The notes under the pieces are model-generated. The model saw only the letters and a list, made by a program, of their open reading frames with translations. It did not search any database and was not told the DNA's origin. Position numbers and translations under genes: made by a program. From Macrostomum lignano (Eukaryota), in contig NIVC01000485.1 in the NCBI GenBank assembly GCA_002269645.1, positions 9,108 to 73,107 of the forward strand: 64,000 nt of DNA, written 5' to 3'. Below, in pieces: positions 26,691 through 40,388 of the stretch. Within the stretch, counting starts at the first letter, position 1, and each line of letters starts with the position of its first letter.

Positions 26691-27481
26691 CTGGAGGCAG
26701 CGGTGTAATGAAGTCAGCTAACTTATTAAAACTTACCCAAAAAGTAAATCCAGCTAAACCGATTGTTGGATTGTTAATTAATGCACTTCTTTCAAGGTAT
26801 TTACAAAATTCTGTCATAATTTATTGATCACATCAAAAACGCACCTGCAATTCGTATAATTTATTGTTTTAACTACGAACTCATTCGGCTCAACCAGTTA
26901 ATATATTTATTATTCGTGTACTTACTGCAGCAGGCCTGACAATATCAGCCAAATTTTGCAATAAGCTTTCTTCCTTTTTTCACCTTGTTTAGCAGTTTAA
27001 CAAAGTTTTTTTAACTCTCGTTTTGCTACACATTAGATTTTTAAATGCTAAATAGTTTGCATATTTGCATACAGATTTTATCTTCATGCTATTTCACCTA
27101 TATGCTGATCCCATGTTCTCAAAGCTAGCTACTACTGATAGCGGTATATGTAACAAAATTGCAAAATTTGATTCGATATTTTCAATAAACCTTCTGAGCA
27201 GTTTTTTTGTCTATTAAAATCGCATGCAGTTCTGTGGTTGCTATGCAGCCCAGGTTTTAACGTTATAAGTTCGTTAAATTTTATCGAGCTTTACTCTCTG
27301 AAATTCACCTAACCCTACTAATGAGTAGATCGAAAGGCAAAAAAGAAGACATTTAATAACATAACGGTAGCTGATTTTTCTAGCGCGATCTTTTTCATCC
27401 AAATTTGTCTATGGTGAAACCTCATTCAGTGCTGTGCGTTCTCAAGAGATTTTTTAAGAAAATTGAGTGCAGCGTCCTTCA

Positions 27482-27884
27482 TTATAATTCATTAGTTGTC
27501 CACGGGTGCACTAGGCTTCCAGATAAGTTTGCGCAGTCCAGAAACAGCGGCTGCACCTGCGGCTGCCGCTTCATCCTGAGCAGCACCGTGACGCCTGTGC
27601 CGAACCCGATGTCGCTCTTGTTCATGGCCAGAAACGAGCTGCTCCCATCGAACGCGGCGCCCTCCTCTGTCCACTGGACTCCGACCGGATAAATTCGGTT
27701 GGTCTCTTCGTCAGCCTGGCACACGACATTCTCAAATGCAGACATGTCGTCTCCGAGCCACACGTTTGTGAGCTTCGGGTTGAGCTGAGCCGGATATTTG
27801 ATCGGAAATCGGATGAGCACTCGGCAGTCGCTGCTCGCACCGCCAGAGACAAGGTCGCGACACACGGACTGGTAGCGGAAGAGA
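27482..27884 (-). CDS. Isolated exon, possibly ConA/laminin-G-like extracellular domain
   Basis: GC-rich open frame after a CAG acceptor (LFRYQSVCRD...AAFDGSSSFL...VTVLLRMK). The domain call is from pattern resemblance only, and no upstream exons were found. Confidence 0.4.
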
Positions 27885-27887
27885 CTG

Positions 27888-28310
27888 CACTACGTATCGC
27901 GCCATTAGAGCTGGGTTTTCAGAATTCTGACGCAAAAAACGCAAATTATACTACTATCTGAAAATGAAGTAAGTAGTATTCGAAAACGCTATCCTAAGCG
28001 TGATATATGGCAATATGTAGTCGTAATAATCCATGTGCTCATATATGTACATTAATCCCATGTACATTAATCCCTATCTATCTCAAATTGGATATGTACA
28101 TTAATCCTATGTACATTAATCCCTATCTATCTCAAATGTCCATGTCTATACCCAATTCTATATGTACGCAGTATGTGCATTAATCCACATGTATAGTGTC
28201 ATCCCCAGACGGCCCGCGCACACCAAAATTACAACTCGAAACCCTACTACATGTACAATCTCATCCAAATGAGTCAACTAATTGTACAGCTCACATCGTA
28301 TATAAACTAT
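27888..28310. mobile_element. Left ~420-bp inverted repeat beginning CACTAC
   Basis: cactacgtatcgcgcc (27888-27903) is the reverse complement of 49518-49533. An exact ~34-bp block (ttatactactatctgaaaatgaagtaagtagtat) and further blocks also match, with moderate divergence overall. Confidence 0.8.
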
Positions 28311-28706
28311 TTACAAAGAAGATATATTTACATTAAATCAGTAGCATATTACAGTAAATAATTTATGTACAACATTACCAGCGAATAGAATATACAGAAA
28401 ATTTTACATTGTTTTTCAATATTTTTCTCTTCATAAATGATTTTAAACAGGTCTGACACGCAAAATATGTACAATAGATTTTTACATTGGCAATTTCGCC
28501 GCATACAATACAAAAATGCTTTATGTACATTGAATTATGTACAACAAATAGATTTACTCTAATAAATTTGGCAATACTACAATGCAAAAATGCTTTATAT
28601 ACGGCTCGTACATTGACATGCAAATTATGTACAACAAATAGATTTTTTCTGATAAATTTAACAATACAACAATGTACATTGAATCGTCAGTTATAATTGG
28701 ATTACA

Positions 28707-31700
28707 TTATTTATAACCATAAGGCCTGCTGCCGGCCCCGTACACACGTTTTGTCAGGACGCGCTGAAACGTCTTGTCCATACTAACAGCGTGAATGGTA
28801 CAAGACGCCTTGTCGCGCCTGAACTGAAACTGCGGCAGCTGCAGAGAGCCACCGTGTAGCAGTGTGTTGCGCAGGTCGTCGCTACGCTCCCGTATCTCCG
28901 GAGTCAGGCGAATGCCCTTGCATTTCAAGACCTGGCTCCGGACACCGGCCGCATCCTCGACAATGTAAGTGTAGAGCTTGGGCCCTCCACTTACAAAGTC
29001 GGTCATCCGGCTGCCTGTGGGCACTTCGTCGGTCCACATTCCGAGGCTCGTGCCATGGGGCGGCTCCCATTGGCCCTCGGAATGCCGGTAAACGACCCTG
29101 TGTGGGGGGGAGAGAGAAAAACGAGATAATTGCTAACTATTTACATGTAATCAATTCTAAAAGAGCAATACTTACGAGTCAGTGTCGCAGTAAATGGCCC
29201 GTTCGCCGAGCCCCTCCAATGCCTCGTACAGGCGCAGCCGGGCCTGCGTGGTTGTAAAAACACCGATTGGCACGTTGGAGTAGCGGAACGGCCGCTGATT
29301 AAAGTAGCGGTGCCGGTACTCCAGCAGCATAAACTCGCTGCCAATCGGTTCGCAGGCCTTGACTTTGAGGTTGGGGTCGGTCAGCCGGGCGAGCCAGTCC
29401 TCGTAGCTGGATACAATTTCTGTCGATGTCAGGTCGTCACGCTGACAAAATTTACCCCAGAGCCTGCGTGTAAAGAAAAGCTACTGTTAGTAGAAGAAGA
29501 AATCGTTTAAAAATCAATTTATGAATACTTGCTAATTCAAAAAGATTTTCACTACAAAGCGAAGTCCTGGGTTGGGCTCGACCTTGTCCAGCGTGACGCC
29601 CTCCTTTGCGTAGAAATCGGCAATATAGGCGGCCTTGTCTTCATCTGACATGCCGGGGGAGCCGCTCGACTCAGCCTTCAATTTGAGGAAGGTGCTGACA
29701 TAGTCACATAGTCCAGTAGGCCAGCGCGTGCACCACCTGCAGCCGGTAGCCCAACTGGAAGGCCTTTCGCAGCTCCGGCGTGGCCCAGGTGCCAGTCAGC
29801 GCTCGCTCCTCGTCTGAGTGGTCGCAGCAGCCGCTGCACTGCTGCTCCATACAGGTGCGGCAAAGCCCAAAAAGAGCTTCTTTTGCACCCTGTAGGGCAG
29901 CAGCGGAATATGCAAATCTGACGGCGGCAGCACTGTCACTTTGGCAATGCCAAAGTAGCTGGCCAGCGCGTCAGAATCGAGCACTTGCGGCGTCGGGTGG
30001 TTCACCGGGTGGCCAATCGGGTACGGGTCTTTCGACTGCACCGTCGGGTACAGAGAGACCTGCCAGTTGAAATAAAACATTATTTTTCATAAACTGTATT
30101 TTTGCAAAATATTCTACTACATTAGTAGTATCACTACTCACCACATCCCGATATTTGAGAGTCTCAGTCTCGCTGGCCACAGCATGCGGGATAAAACACT
30201 CTACGCGGCCGCCGTAGAGCGCATCTTCCATCTTGAGCGGAGCGCGCAGATGTGCAGTTGCGGCAATGAAATCAGCCTGCGATGCCAATACAGTGTCGTA
30301 TTCGTGCTCCCAAATGACTCGAACACTGTAATTGTGCCGCTCCAACTCGCGAGTGAACCACTCAGTCTCGTGGCGGATATGGCTCAGAGGCTGCCGTTTG
30401 AGCGGGTGGACAACATCCTGATCGGGCATGCACTGCTCGCAGCCATGGTAGAAACAGCCATGAAACTGCAAGACAGTGTTGGTGGCCTCATCAAAGCCGT
30501 CCACCTTGCGGCCGAGAATGACCGCCTCACCGCCAGTCGAGTCGCAGGTTCGCAGCCGCCCACCAAATTCGGTGGCATTCAAATAGGCCAGCCACTTGCG
30601 CGCCTTGAATGACTGCTGGTCGGCCTGCCGGGCAATCACGCCGACCGAGTTGGGCTCCATAAATCGGGTGGTGAAAACGGCCATTGCCAAACTGGCAATC
30701 GTGTTGGCCTGTACAAATGGTTCCAGGCCGTCACAAATGTCTCCAATTATTGCCCTGTACTTGATGCAGCCCTCGCGAAGCAGCACCGTGTCGCTCAAAC
30801 AATAATCGAGATATTCCCGATTAAAGTTGAACAACTCGCCCTGTCGCGAGGCCAGCCAAGCACAGATGGAGCCGTAATCCTTGTTTGTCTTGCCGCCATA
30901 ATAATCAATAGTCGGGTAGGAGCCCACGTAGTTCCAATTAGCCGGCTTGTTGAACTCGTGGGGAAAGGTCCCCTTGGCCAGCTTTGTGTCGGCGAGCCCC
31001 AGAGCTTTGGGGAATTGCGCAAGCGGGATTGGTATAAAATTAAACGAATCTTTAAATACCAATTTATCAACCGTCATGCTCATTAGCCGGCTGCCCTGGA
31101 ACAGTACTTGGGGCCGCTTCTTGGCCAGGCCGTTGAGTAGAGCGCCAAGCAGTAAAAACGAATCGTAGCCTGATGCATTATGCGCGACAACAATGGCGCC
31201 GCCTCGGAATGTGGTGCTTAGCCAGGCGAAAAAAGCATTCAGCGAGGCCGGGCCCACAGCCACAAAATCGGCCATTTGGCAGGCGCAGTCTGAAGGGCTG
31301 ACGCAATTGGAGAATTCCTTCCCCAGATCGCGGCCAGTCAGACAATTGGCAGTGCTATGCAGGCCATTGCAGAGGCGGCAAGTCTCGCGCGGAAATGCCC
31401 GGCCGGAACAGGTCTCGCAACACGTGACGGCAGTCACCAGATGCACGTGATGCTGCTTCTCCTCATCCGTGTATGTTTCCGTATCGTAGAACACGTACGG
31501 CATAGTTGAAGCTTTCACTTTGGAAGCCTTGACGAAGCACAAATGCGAGCCGGCCTCGTCATACTGTTTACACAGTGGGCACTTGATGTGGCCGCACTTG
31601 TGTTCCGGCTCCTTCTGGCCGGGTTTTAGTTCTTCGCAATACCCGCAATTAGCGCAGACTCGGACAGAGTCGCAGCGCGACCGCCCAGCCCGGTTTTTCC

Positions 31701-32881
31701 GGCGGTGGTTGTCAAAACACTGCTGATTGTAACAATTCAATCCGCAGTCTGGGCAGCGCTTGTAGTCGCACCGCAGGCTCTTGCAATTGGCGCCGGGCGC
31801 TTTACACTGAGGGCAGGTGTTGGAGCACTTGTGTTCTCCAGACACGCAGTCGTACGGCTGCTGGCAGCGGTCGCAATAGCGACGGGCACCGAAAAATGGC
31901 GGCACCTTGCACACCGCGTTAGTGCTCGCCAATTAGGTGCAAATTCAGCACTGTGCTGCCTGGTAGGGCGTACACACATGTATTGCCCTCCTCGGCACTG
32001 TACACACGAACGCCGAAATCCCGGCCTGGTGACTGGGCGTTCAGGACAGCCAACAGTTGGGGGAGCATGTCAACCCCGAAAGGCCCGTCCTGTGCAATGG
32101 TTGATAAAGACTAAAACATTTGTATATTAATAAAAATGCAAATTAAAATGTGCAAGATTATTTTTTACTCACCGAATACAATTTAGCAGCAATCTGAAGC
32201 TCCCCAGTCAGCTTCTTCTGCATTGTGGAGTCGGCCTTGACGGTTTGCCATGTAGTCCTAGTAATGGCCTTGGCCTGCAGATCGGCGAAAGCCTTGGCCA
32301 CCACCAGCGCCCTGATGAGGCAACGTTTGTCGCTGTTGGCGATGACGACATAGCTGTTGCCCATAGCATGCCTGGCCTGAATATGCTTTTCCGCCGCATC
32401 TAGGCTGCCGCAGCCGCCCCGCGGAACCCAGGCCTTGAGCAAAAACAATTTAAAGTTGTTACCCAAGACGCTGGAGTCCGACTGCAGAACCTTGTTGATA
32501 TGTTTAAATATCAGCTCTGCAGTGAAGCGGCTGCGGCGGACGGGCGGGACATTGATGGCGAGCATCATATTGTCCGCCGTCAGCTTAGATGCGACGAAAT
32601 CATCTGCCCGCAGGTCCTCACAAAGTGTAGAAATTACTTCTGTGAATGTGGCGCGAATATCAGTGGTATCGGTGAATGATACCACATACTCATACCCTGC
32701 GGCTCTAAATTTAGGCAGGGCTTTCGCCCCGCCAAGATGCGCAATGAAGCCTGAAAAAATGAAGGGTTTTGAAATTAGAATTGCGAGAGGCGGCGGGTGT
32801 ATGACTCATGAAATAAAATCAACTCTTTACCATCGCCTTCGACAGTGTCGGGCTGGGGCGGGGGTTGAAATTGAGCCAAAT
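28707..32881 (-). pseudogene. polB: Polinton/Maverick-type protein-primed DNA polymerase B with >=5 introns; exons 32881-32831, 32750-32173, 32110-30142, 30059-29533, 29463-29176, 29097-28707
   Basis: Exonuclease motifs YDTETY, HNASGYD and YCLSD; internal nuclease-like KVDGF...QFHGCFYHGC; polymerase motifs YGGRVE, DV|VSLYP, KxxLN(S)|LWGKF, YCDTDS| and GPKLY. Introns of 62-82 nt restore these motifs. Lesions at ~31920, ~29880, ~29700 and 29533. Confidence 0.9.
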
Positions 32882-32893
32882 CTGCAATAAAAT

Positions 32894-35136
32894 GGGTCGT
32901 TCTCAAAGCTAGGTCACAACTTTTTGTTATTGCAAAAAAAGTTTATACATCGACCAAAAATCGTACAAAAAAAATTATTTCGACAATTTCTGTAAGAAGC
33001 TGCTACTAAAACCACAAGAAAACTTGAAATTGAGAAGAAATCAAGGCTATTTGTTATTCTTTGTTGCGGAAAATAAACGACAAAAATATTAAAGAGAAAA
33101 TAAAATTTTCTTCTATTTTTATTTTAAATATGCAGTTAAATTTCTTTTGCAAAAATAAAAGAACAAGAAATTGACAAAGGAAATGTTTTTGAGCACAGCA
33201 TTTTGTTACTCTGCTCTAAATCCCAGACATTTAAAATTATCGTGTGCGAAAAAGTGCGAAATTATTATAGCATGCACTCGAAAGGACTTCGATCAGTTTA
33301 ACTAATCACTGAATTAAGAAGTCTAAATAAGTCTTGAAAGGTTGAATTAAAAATCAAGTTTTCACTATGTATATTTTCAAAGTCAAGATGATTCGACAAA
33401 TAAAGAATGTTCATTTTTACGGTGAATAGAATTGTTCATTTTTACATTAAATATAATAAAATCTAACTAATAATAGAAAAAGTCAGGGAACTATCCTTGA
33501 ACACCAAAAAGCACATTGTGGATTTAATATCAACTGCATGTTCCTTAATAAAGGAATTCGGATTCTAGTATATATTTGATTATTTGTAGCATAATTTCTG
33601 AAAACTATAACTTGCTTGATTTTACTTTAAGTACTTATTACATTAATACTTATACCAAAGCTACATGTACTTAAAATAAAAAATTATAGTTACTTATTAG
33701 ACATTTTACTCCAATTAACTTGAAATAATTCAAATTTATTTTAATTAATTCATTTTTTGAAACTTTTTGGAAAATAGACAAAATTGAATTATTTAATTAC
33801 CAAAAACCTACTAGCTTAACTAAAATAGCAATTAGTCTTTAAGAAAAGAATTCACTTGTTAATTGAGAAAAATGAGGATGTGCGAGGTGTAAAAATGCGA
33901 AAGAGCATGCAGGAAACAGAGACAAACAAAAATGTAGGTAAAAGACACTGCACATGCACATAATATGATAACCAGACATAATGTCACGTTATTGGCGTAG
34001 CGGCCAGCTATGCGGTGACCCTTAAAAGGGCCGTTTTAGTCCCAAAATAAGTTGAAGTCAATTCTTGTAAAGCGGATTTTGTAGCGGAGCACTTGGCGAT
34101 AAAGGCAGGAACTGCCGTAGTTGTCTTTATTGTTAATATCAGTATTAAGCTTGGTTGTTACTGGCAATAAACAGACTATAGCTTTCTGGGCACTGGCGGC
34201 TGCAACAATGGGTTGAATATAATTTGGATATGAAGTCAAGTGGCAGGCGAATGACACAATGGCGACGTGACGTGAGCAGTGGCTATGAGCACAGTGAAGG
34301 CAGTGAAACGTAGTGGCGAGTTGGCGTCGGTCGTGGCGTGAAACAGTCAAGTAAGTGTGTGAGCAGGCTGGCCCAGACAGAAGGGCCGTGGTGAGAAATA
34401 AGGAGGCTCGAGGCAGCCAGACAAACAGATAAGACAGCTAAGAGGCCGCAGGGAAGGAAACAAGGAACAAGCGGGGAGTGCCGCCGCCAGGCGGGGGGGG
34501 TTTAATAAAAGAGCGCAGAGGGGGTAGCGCGAGCACGAGTGATTTCATTGGCTGGCGAGAGAACTTAAAATTATCGATCGTGCCAATTTTATACGGTTGC
34601 GAGAGAGGATAGCAAAATATACAATGAATTATAAATTGCCACAAAATCGTTGGGCACTACTACAAGTAAACGTCGCAATAAACGAATGGAAAAGTTTAGT
34701 TGAAACGGTGAAACTGAAGGGTTGAATGACTATGGAGAACAGCAGTCCAACGGCCCTTTTCGGGACCACCTTAAACTGACAACGTCACAATAATGCGCAC
34801 ACTGAAACACCAGTAGCAATGACGCCCAAGCTTTTGATGATCACAAGCGAAAAGGCAAAACCCAGCCATCAATCAAAGAAGTAGACTTTAGCACGCATCT
34901 TGAGTGCATCACGCATTTTTTGCAGAGAAGCTCGAAAATTAACATTGTATTCTGTGCACAACCACCAACTGCGACAGGGTCTGCCGGGGGATTTGTGGGC
35001 ACGCGGTCGCGGATACAAATCGGAGGAGTCGCTGACCATTCTGAAATTACTAGCTAGTACATGTAATTTTGTGTATTAATATATTTAGCCCGCTTTATTT
35101 CTATGCTCTCGTCCGCCTCTCGTTAATGCATCCCCA
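32894..35136. mobile_element. 2.24-kb dispersed repeat, copy 2
   Basis: Direct copy of 1150-3395; it begins ~10 nt upstream of the first recognisable polB splice acceptor. Confidence 0.8.
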
Positions 35137-38100
35137 GGACCCCAGACTCTTGCAATAATCAAACTTATGATCGAACTATGCATGGCTTCCGTCCCTCGCT
35201 TTGAATCTCTCACCTCCCCATAGTTCCATCAACCTTACCTTAGTGGCTTCCTATGCAAAAATCATCCCTCCGCATCTTACACAGGCTACTTCAGGCTGTA
35301 GACTGTACTACACTTTTACTTCAGTAATTAGTTGCGCTATAAGGAATCTACATGCATTTTGCTCGCAGCGCAGCGCGTTGCTCAAAGAAGTTTAGTTCTA
35401 TCTAGATATTCTAGTAATTTCATGTTTTTCGATAGACTAGAGCTCATGAGATGAGAATTCCATTAACTAGTACATTTAATATGAATGAACTGCGTGTGTG
35501 TGTGCTGTGCATACATATGTATAATATACGAGTAGTTTATGGGCCAAACTATTGTGTGGCACAATTCTTGGCATCACTCAGCAGGCACAAGATGCAGTTA
35601 AGCAGCGCACGAAAATTCTACAAAAGAAATTGAGCCTGGTTGAGGTGATGCGAGGAGGCAGATCCACACAATCTCAGTGAATACACCAGACTGCACCAGA
35701 TACGAGTCCAGTCGAATGAGTGCACTGGTCTAAGCAGCACACGCATGTCCTTCTGACAATGACGGCACCTAGCTTCGTCCAAGCCTTTGCCAGCGTCACT
35801 GACAGCGTTAATACTACCATGCAGTGCCACCTGCAGCACCGACAACGGCAATTCCTCCAGTTAGCCCACAACAGTGGCTAAACTGAGGGACAGGGAACCT
35901 ACCCACAGAAGACACACACATACACACACAGCACCGGCAGCAGCACTCTGACAGCATAACCTAAAGCTCCATGAGCTCAGTTTTCAAGCATTGAAGAAGC
36001 AGAAGCAGTCATCTTGGATCCAGGGATCAGGAAGAGTGTTGCATGTCCGACATGTGCTGTTTCCGTGGCAAAAGGTGATGGAGCAAATTAATCAACACTT
36101 ACTATCTAGCTCGTATTAAGACTAAAAAACTGAGGCAAGCAGGGATTAAACCAAAGAAAATTTTTTACTATACTTTTTTACCATACTTTTACTATACTTC
36201 TATAGTATAGTAGAGAGGTACTCTATTTAAATGCAGTAAGAAGTGAAACAAATTTATATATTTAATTATTAAATTAAATTAATTCAAGGTAAATAACTAA
36301 TTTAACCAATTTATTAGGAGTATTTATTATTATAATAAATTGATTTTTATACCTTACACGAAATAAGCTCTACATTCATTTCTTAGCTTGGGGCCCATCT
36401 GTATAAGGTCAGTTTCTTCAAAATGCTGATTAATTAATTAAGGCCTGTTGTCTTTACTTAAATTTATAAGGGCATCTTAGAAGTTAATATTACTATATAA
36501 TACATGTATAATAGTATTACTATATTATAATAATATAGTTGCAATTTTAATGACTATTAAATAAGTTTAAATGCTTCCCCTATTGACTCTAAATATATGG
36601 TATCTTTCCCTTCAGAAAAAATTAGCATAGAATGACTTGATGAAAACAAAAAAATCATTTAGAGATACACATTTGCTGATCATTCAGGTCAAATTTCAAG
36701 GTCCAGTTTTGCACATGTTTCTCTGTAGCTTGGTTACAAGGATTTTAATAAAAATATAATAAATATGTCCAATGAACTAACTGATACATAGCCAAATTGA
36801 AGTATTTTCAAAAACAAAAAAAATCTTTTGCTCAGTTTACTTTACTGGATATCTGTGTAAAATTTCAGCTCAAAAGGTGCTCCATGGAGAATGCTAGTGT
36901 GGTTACAGGATATTTATTTTGTGCTTCAAAGTAGGAGTTTATTGCGATGCATGGTTGCTTTTAATTATTTTTATCAACAATAGTGCTCTATTTCATAACA
37001 ATTTTTTACAAAAAGATAATAAGACATGTTTTTCTAATTATCTGCATCAAAATGTATCATTTTAAGCACGCATTCTAGACGTCAGCCGAAAAATACATTT
37101 TGTGAGACGCAAAGAGGCTATCCCACCGGAAATGCTAGGCGTACAGTTAAGCGTCTATAAAATCATTTGTAGTGCAGTTTATTGAGCTTTAAAAAATTCT
37201 TAAATTAAATTTATATAAGCTTTAATTTTAAATGTAATATAGCAAGGTTTCAACACAACAACAACTTTTTTTAGCTACAGACATCTTGTAGTATCAAAAA
37301 TTAACATCGGTGAAATGATTGAATTTGAATTTTTTCAACGCTAATTATCGCTTAATACCGCCAGATGATTAAAAACACTGTTGTATGATAAAGTTCAACC
37401 CAAAAATTATCTTTATTGACAGATAAAAGTGTCCTATTATTTTCAATATGGCAGTAATAATAGTAAATGTTTGGAAAATTGTTAAAATTTTTGCTCCTCC
37501 TAGAATTTGCGAACGACCCAAATGCGCATGGTGACTAAAATTCTGACCGCTTGGAATTTTACAACTGTCAAAAATTTTTTGATTGATTGCCTGCAGCAGC
37601 AGCAATTTTATCGCCCCACCCCAAGCAACAAAAATCGGCGAGTTGTAAAAACCCCAACTCGGCACGTTCCGACACGTAGCAACAAAAGAAATGTGGGGTT
37701 GATTGAACCCCGCTTCGAATTTTAGGCTGTCAAAAATGTTTGATTGATGACCCTGATAACACTGATCCTGCCGCAGCAGACATTGTAAAATTTAAGAAAA
37801 CCCCCTATCAGCACGTGCCTCCATTGTGCCCCCTTGACACCTAGCAACAATACCGCGCGGTCGCTTTTGGATTTTTAAAGCTGTCATAAATGTCTGATTA
37901 ATAACCCTCACTGTAGCAGCCAAGTTTTATTGCTTCCAAAACCCCTACAATTACCGGTACAGCGGTGATTACATCATCATGCCCAAAATCGGGGGTTGAT
38001 TTTATCACTGCCGCCAGAATACCGGCCTGCCCACCCCGCTGAGTCACGTTCGCGCTGCAGGATTGCTGTTTTTGCTTCTCTCTAGTTCAAGGATTAGTCA

Positions 38101-38496
38101 CATAACCCCTGAAATTTTATGACTATCCTCTACAGGCATTATCCGGCTATACTGCTGCTGCTGCGGATATTCTCTAAAACTCTGTTATTTCAACAGGCCT
38201 GAATTTGAGAAATCCAGTTCCTCCCTTTACTTCAACATCTATGTCAAGAGGAAATTCAGAAATTTTAAGTCAAAATGAATGTTAAAGATGAAAAGCAGCT
38301 GTGGTTTCAAAGAAAGCCCATATTTCAACTAGCGAAAAAATTTGCAAATCACACAAATGCTAAAGCAATTATACAGCCCTATTTTTCTGAATTCAGATTT
38401 TGCAAATGCTAAAAGCATAGTTTTACACACGCAGAGACTCACCCAGCGGGCGTCCCCTCTTTGCGGCCGGAGGCTGATGCTGTTGTTGCTGTTGCT

Positions 38497-40362
38497 TCTT
38501 CTTCTTCTTCTTCTTCGTCTTCAGCGCTCGCTTTACCGGCGCGGCGGCGCCGAGATTTGCGGGGGCCATCGCCCCATGCTCCGAAGGAGCGAGAGACATT
38601 TTCCCGGGTTCCGGAGGAGCTCCTCGTGATCGTTCCCGACCAGGGCCATCCGTCGAGCGTCTCCCCGGTGGCAGTGAAGTAGCGCATGGGCGCTGTCGTC
38701 GAGTTCTCCGCAGTCCGGGCACTGCGGATTATCGATCATACCGAATCGGTGCTGGGTCTCGGCGCAGAGCATCGTCATGCCTGCGCGAAGCTGGCACACC
38801 GCCGTTTGCTCCCGCCGGTCTCTCGCTTTGAAGTCCGGCCAGGGTTGCGGCAGGGTTTCTTTCTCCAGGGTCCGGCGATCGCGGCGAATGGCTGCTTTTG
38901 CGGCGTTGAAGGAGATGGGCACTTCCTCTTGGGGCAAGCCTCTTGCCATGCCGGCCGCGCGGTCCGCCGCTTCATTAAGGCTGATGCCGCAGTGGGCTGG
39001 CACCCAGATTAGTTCTATGTCGGCCGTTTCGTTGATGTCTAGCATGTGGCGCCAGCAGTCCGTACCGGTCTTAGTCGCCTGGGCTAGTGGTCCGGCCCCT
39101 AGTGCTGTCAGTGACGATAAAGAGTCGCTACATAGGCGAATCTTCTTTTCGCTCGGGCTGCGGTTGTTCTTAATAAAAACCAGTGCTTCGCGGATGGCTA
39201 TCATTTCTGCGTCAAATGAGCTACAGATGATTCCGGCCGGGGCCTTGCGCACATGGCTCGCCAAGTTCGTGCAGGTTATAGCGGCGCTGCCGCCGGGTCC
39301 GGTGCCGTCCGCCACCGATCCGTCTGTCCACACGCTGATGTCAGCCTCAGGCAGTGACTGCAGAAACTCCGTTGCCGCCGCGCTCCGGGACTCCTGGGGG
39401 TCCGTGCGGCGGCATCGGGCCGAGATGTCCAGGCGGATGTTAATGTCCCGTGTGTCGCACTCCCACGGCGGGATGCCGGGGCTTACCGGGTCGCCTCTTT
39501 TGTGGGAATCCAATATGGCAACCGACGGCAGCTCCAGTGCCGCCCTCCTCCAGCAGTTCCGGAAGGGGCGGGTGGCGTCCCGCGGGTCGATGAGGTTCAG
39601 CGAGTTCGGCTGTGCTTCGTCGTCGGCGCCGCCGTCTCCGTGGGTGCGGCCGTGATCGCGTGCCAAAGCTTCGTAGGTACGGTTTTTCAGTCTAGGCCTG
39701 GTGTTCCGCAAGGCTACTTGTCCCGCCGAGACACTCGGGTCGAGTCTGAGGACTCTTTCCCTTAGGCGTGCCGCCCTCTCGGACGCGATGAATGAGAGCG
39801 GTGTGAGCCCGGCCAGTTGTAGGACTGAGCGGATGTTGGTCGGCATGATACATCCCGTAATCAGTCTCGCGCACGCGTTCTGCTGCTGTTCAATAGCTCG
39901 TCTGGTGGAGGGGGCGGCGCCGCATAGCCAGGTACCTGCGGCGTACTCGGCCACAGCGCGGACGGTACTGATGTAGGCTGTTCGGATCGTTTGTAGATCA
40001 GCTCCGGTGCTCCTGCCGGCCATCGCTGCGAGCGGTCGGCGTCTGGCGCACATCTTGGCGCGGACTGTCGCGGCGTGCTGCGCGAAATTGAGTTGACCGT
40101 CTAGGCGAACACCGAGGTAGTTCGGGGCTGGGTCAAAGGCTATTGGCTTGTCATCGATGAGCAGGTTGAGTCTCTTTTTGCCGTTTGATTCCTTTGCGTC
40201 CAGCGTGAAAGTGCCGTACACGCTCTTTTCCACGCTGAGCTCCACTTTCCATTCCTTGCACCACTGTGAGACGGCGTTCAGCGCGGGTTGCAGCTTCTCT
40301 TCACATGTGTCCAGAGACCTGTTAGAGGTCAGGAGGGCGCTGTCATCGGCATAAAGACGATA
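38497..40362 (-). mobile_element. 5'-truncated RNase-H-bearing LINE A (I-group/Ingi-like)
   Basis: Runs from LYADD through RNase H (WTDGS, WVPAHCG, NEAADRAA) and a CCHC-like motif to a (GAA)n tail. 10-bp TSD TGCTGTTGCT at 38487-38496 and 40363-40372. Confidence 0.9.
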
Positions 40363-40388
40363 TGCTGTTGCTGCTGCTGCTGCTGTTG

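Noticed and set aside
28707-32881. Complete Polinton/adintovirus
   Set aside because: No capsid, ATPase, protease or integrase ORF was recognised nearby, and no AG-starting TIRs with a 5-6-bp TSD.
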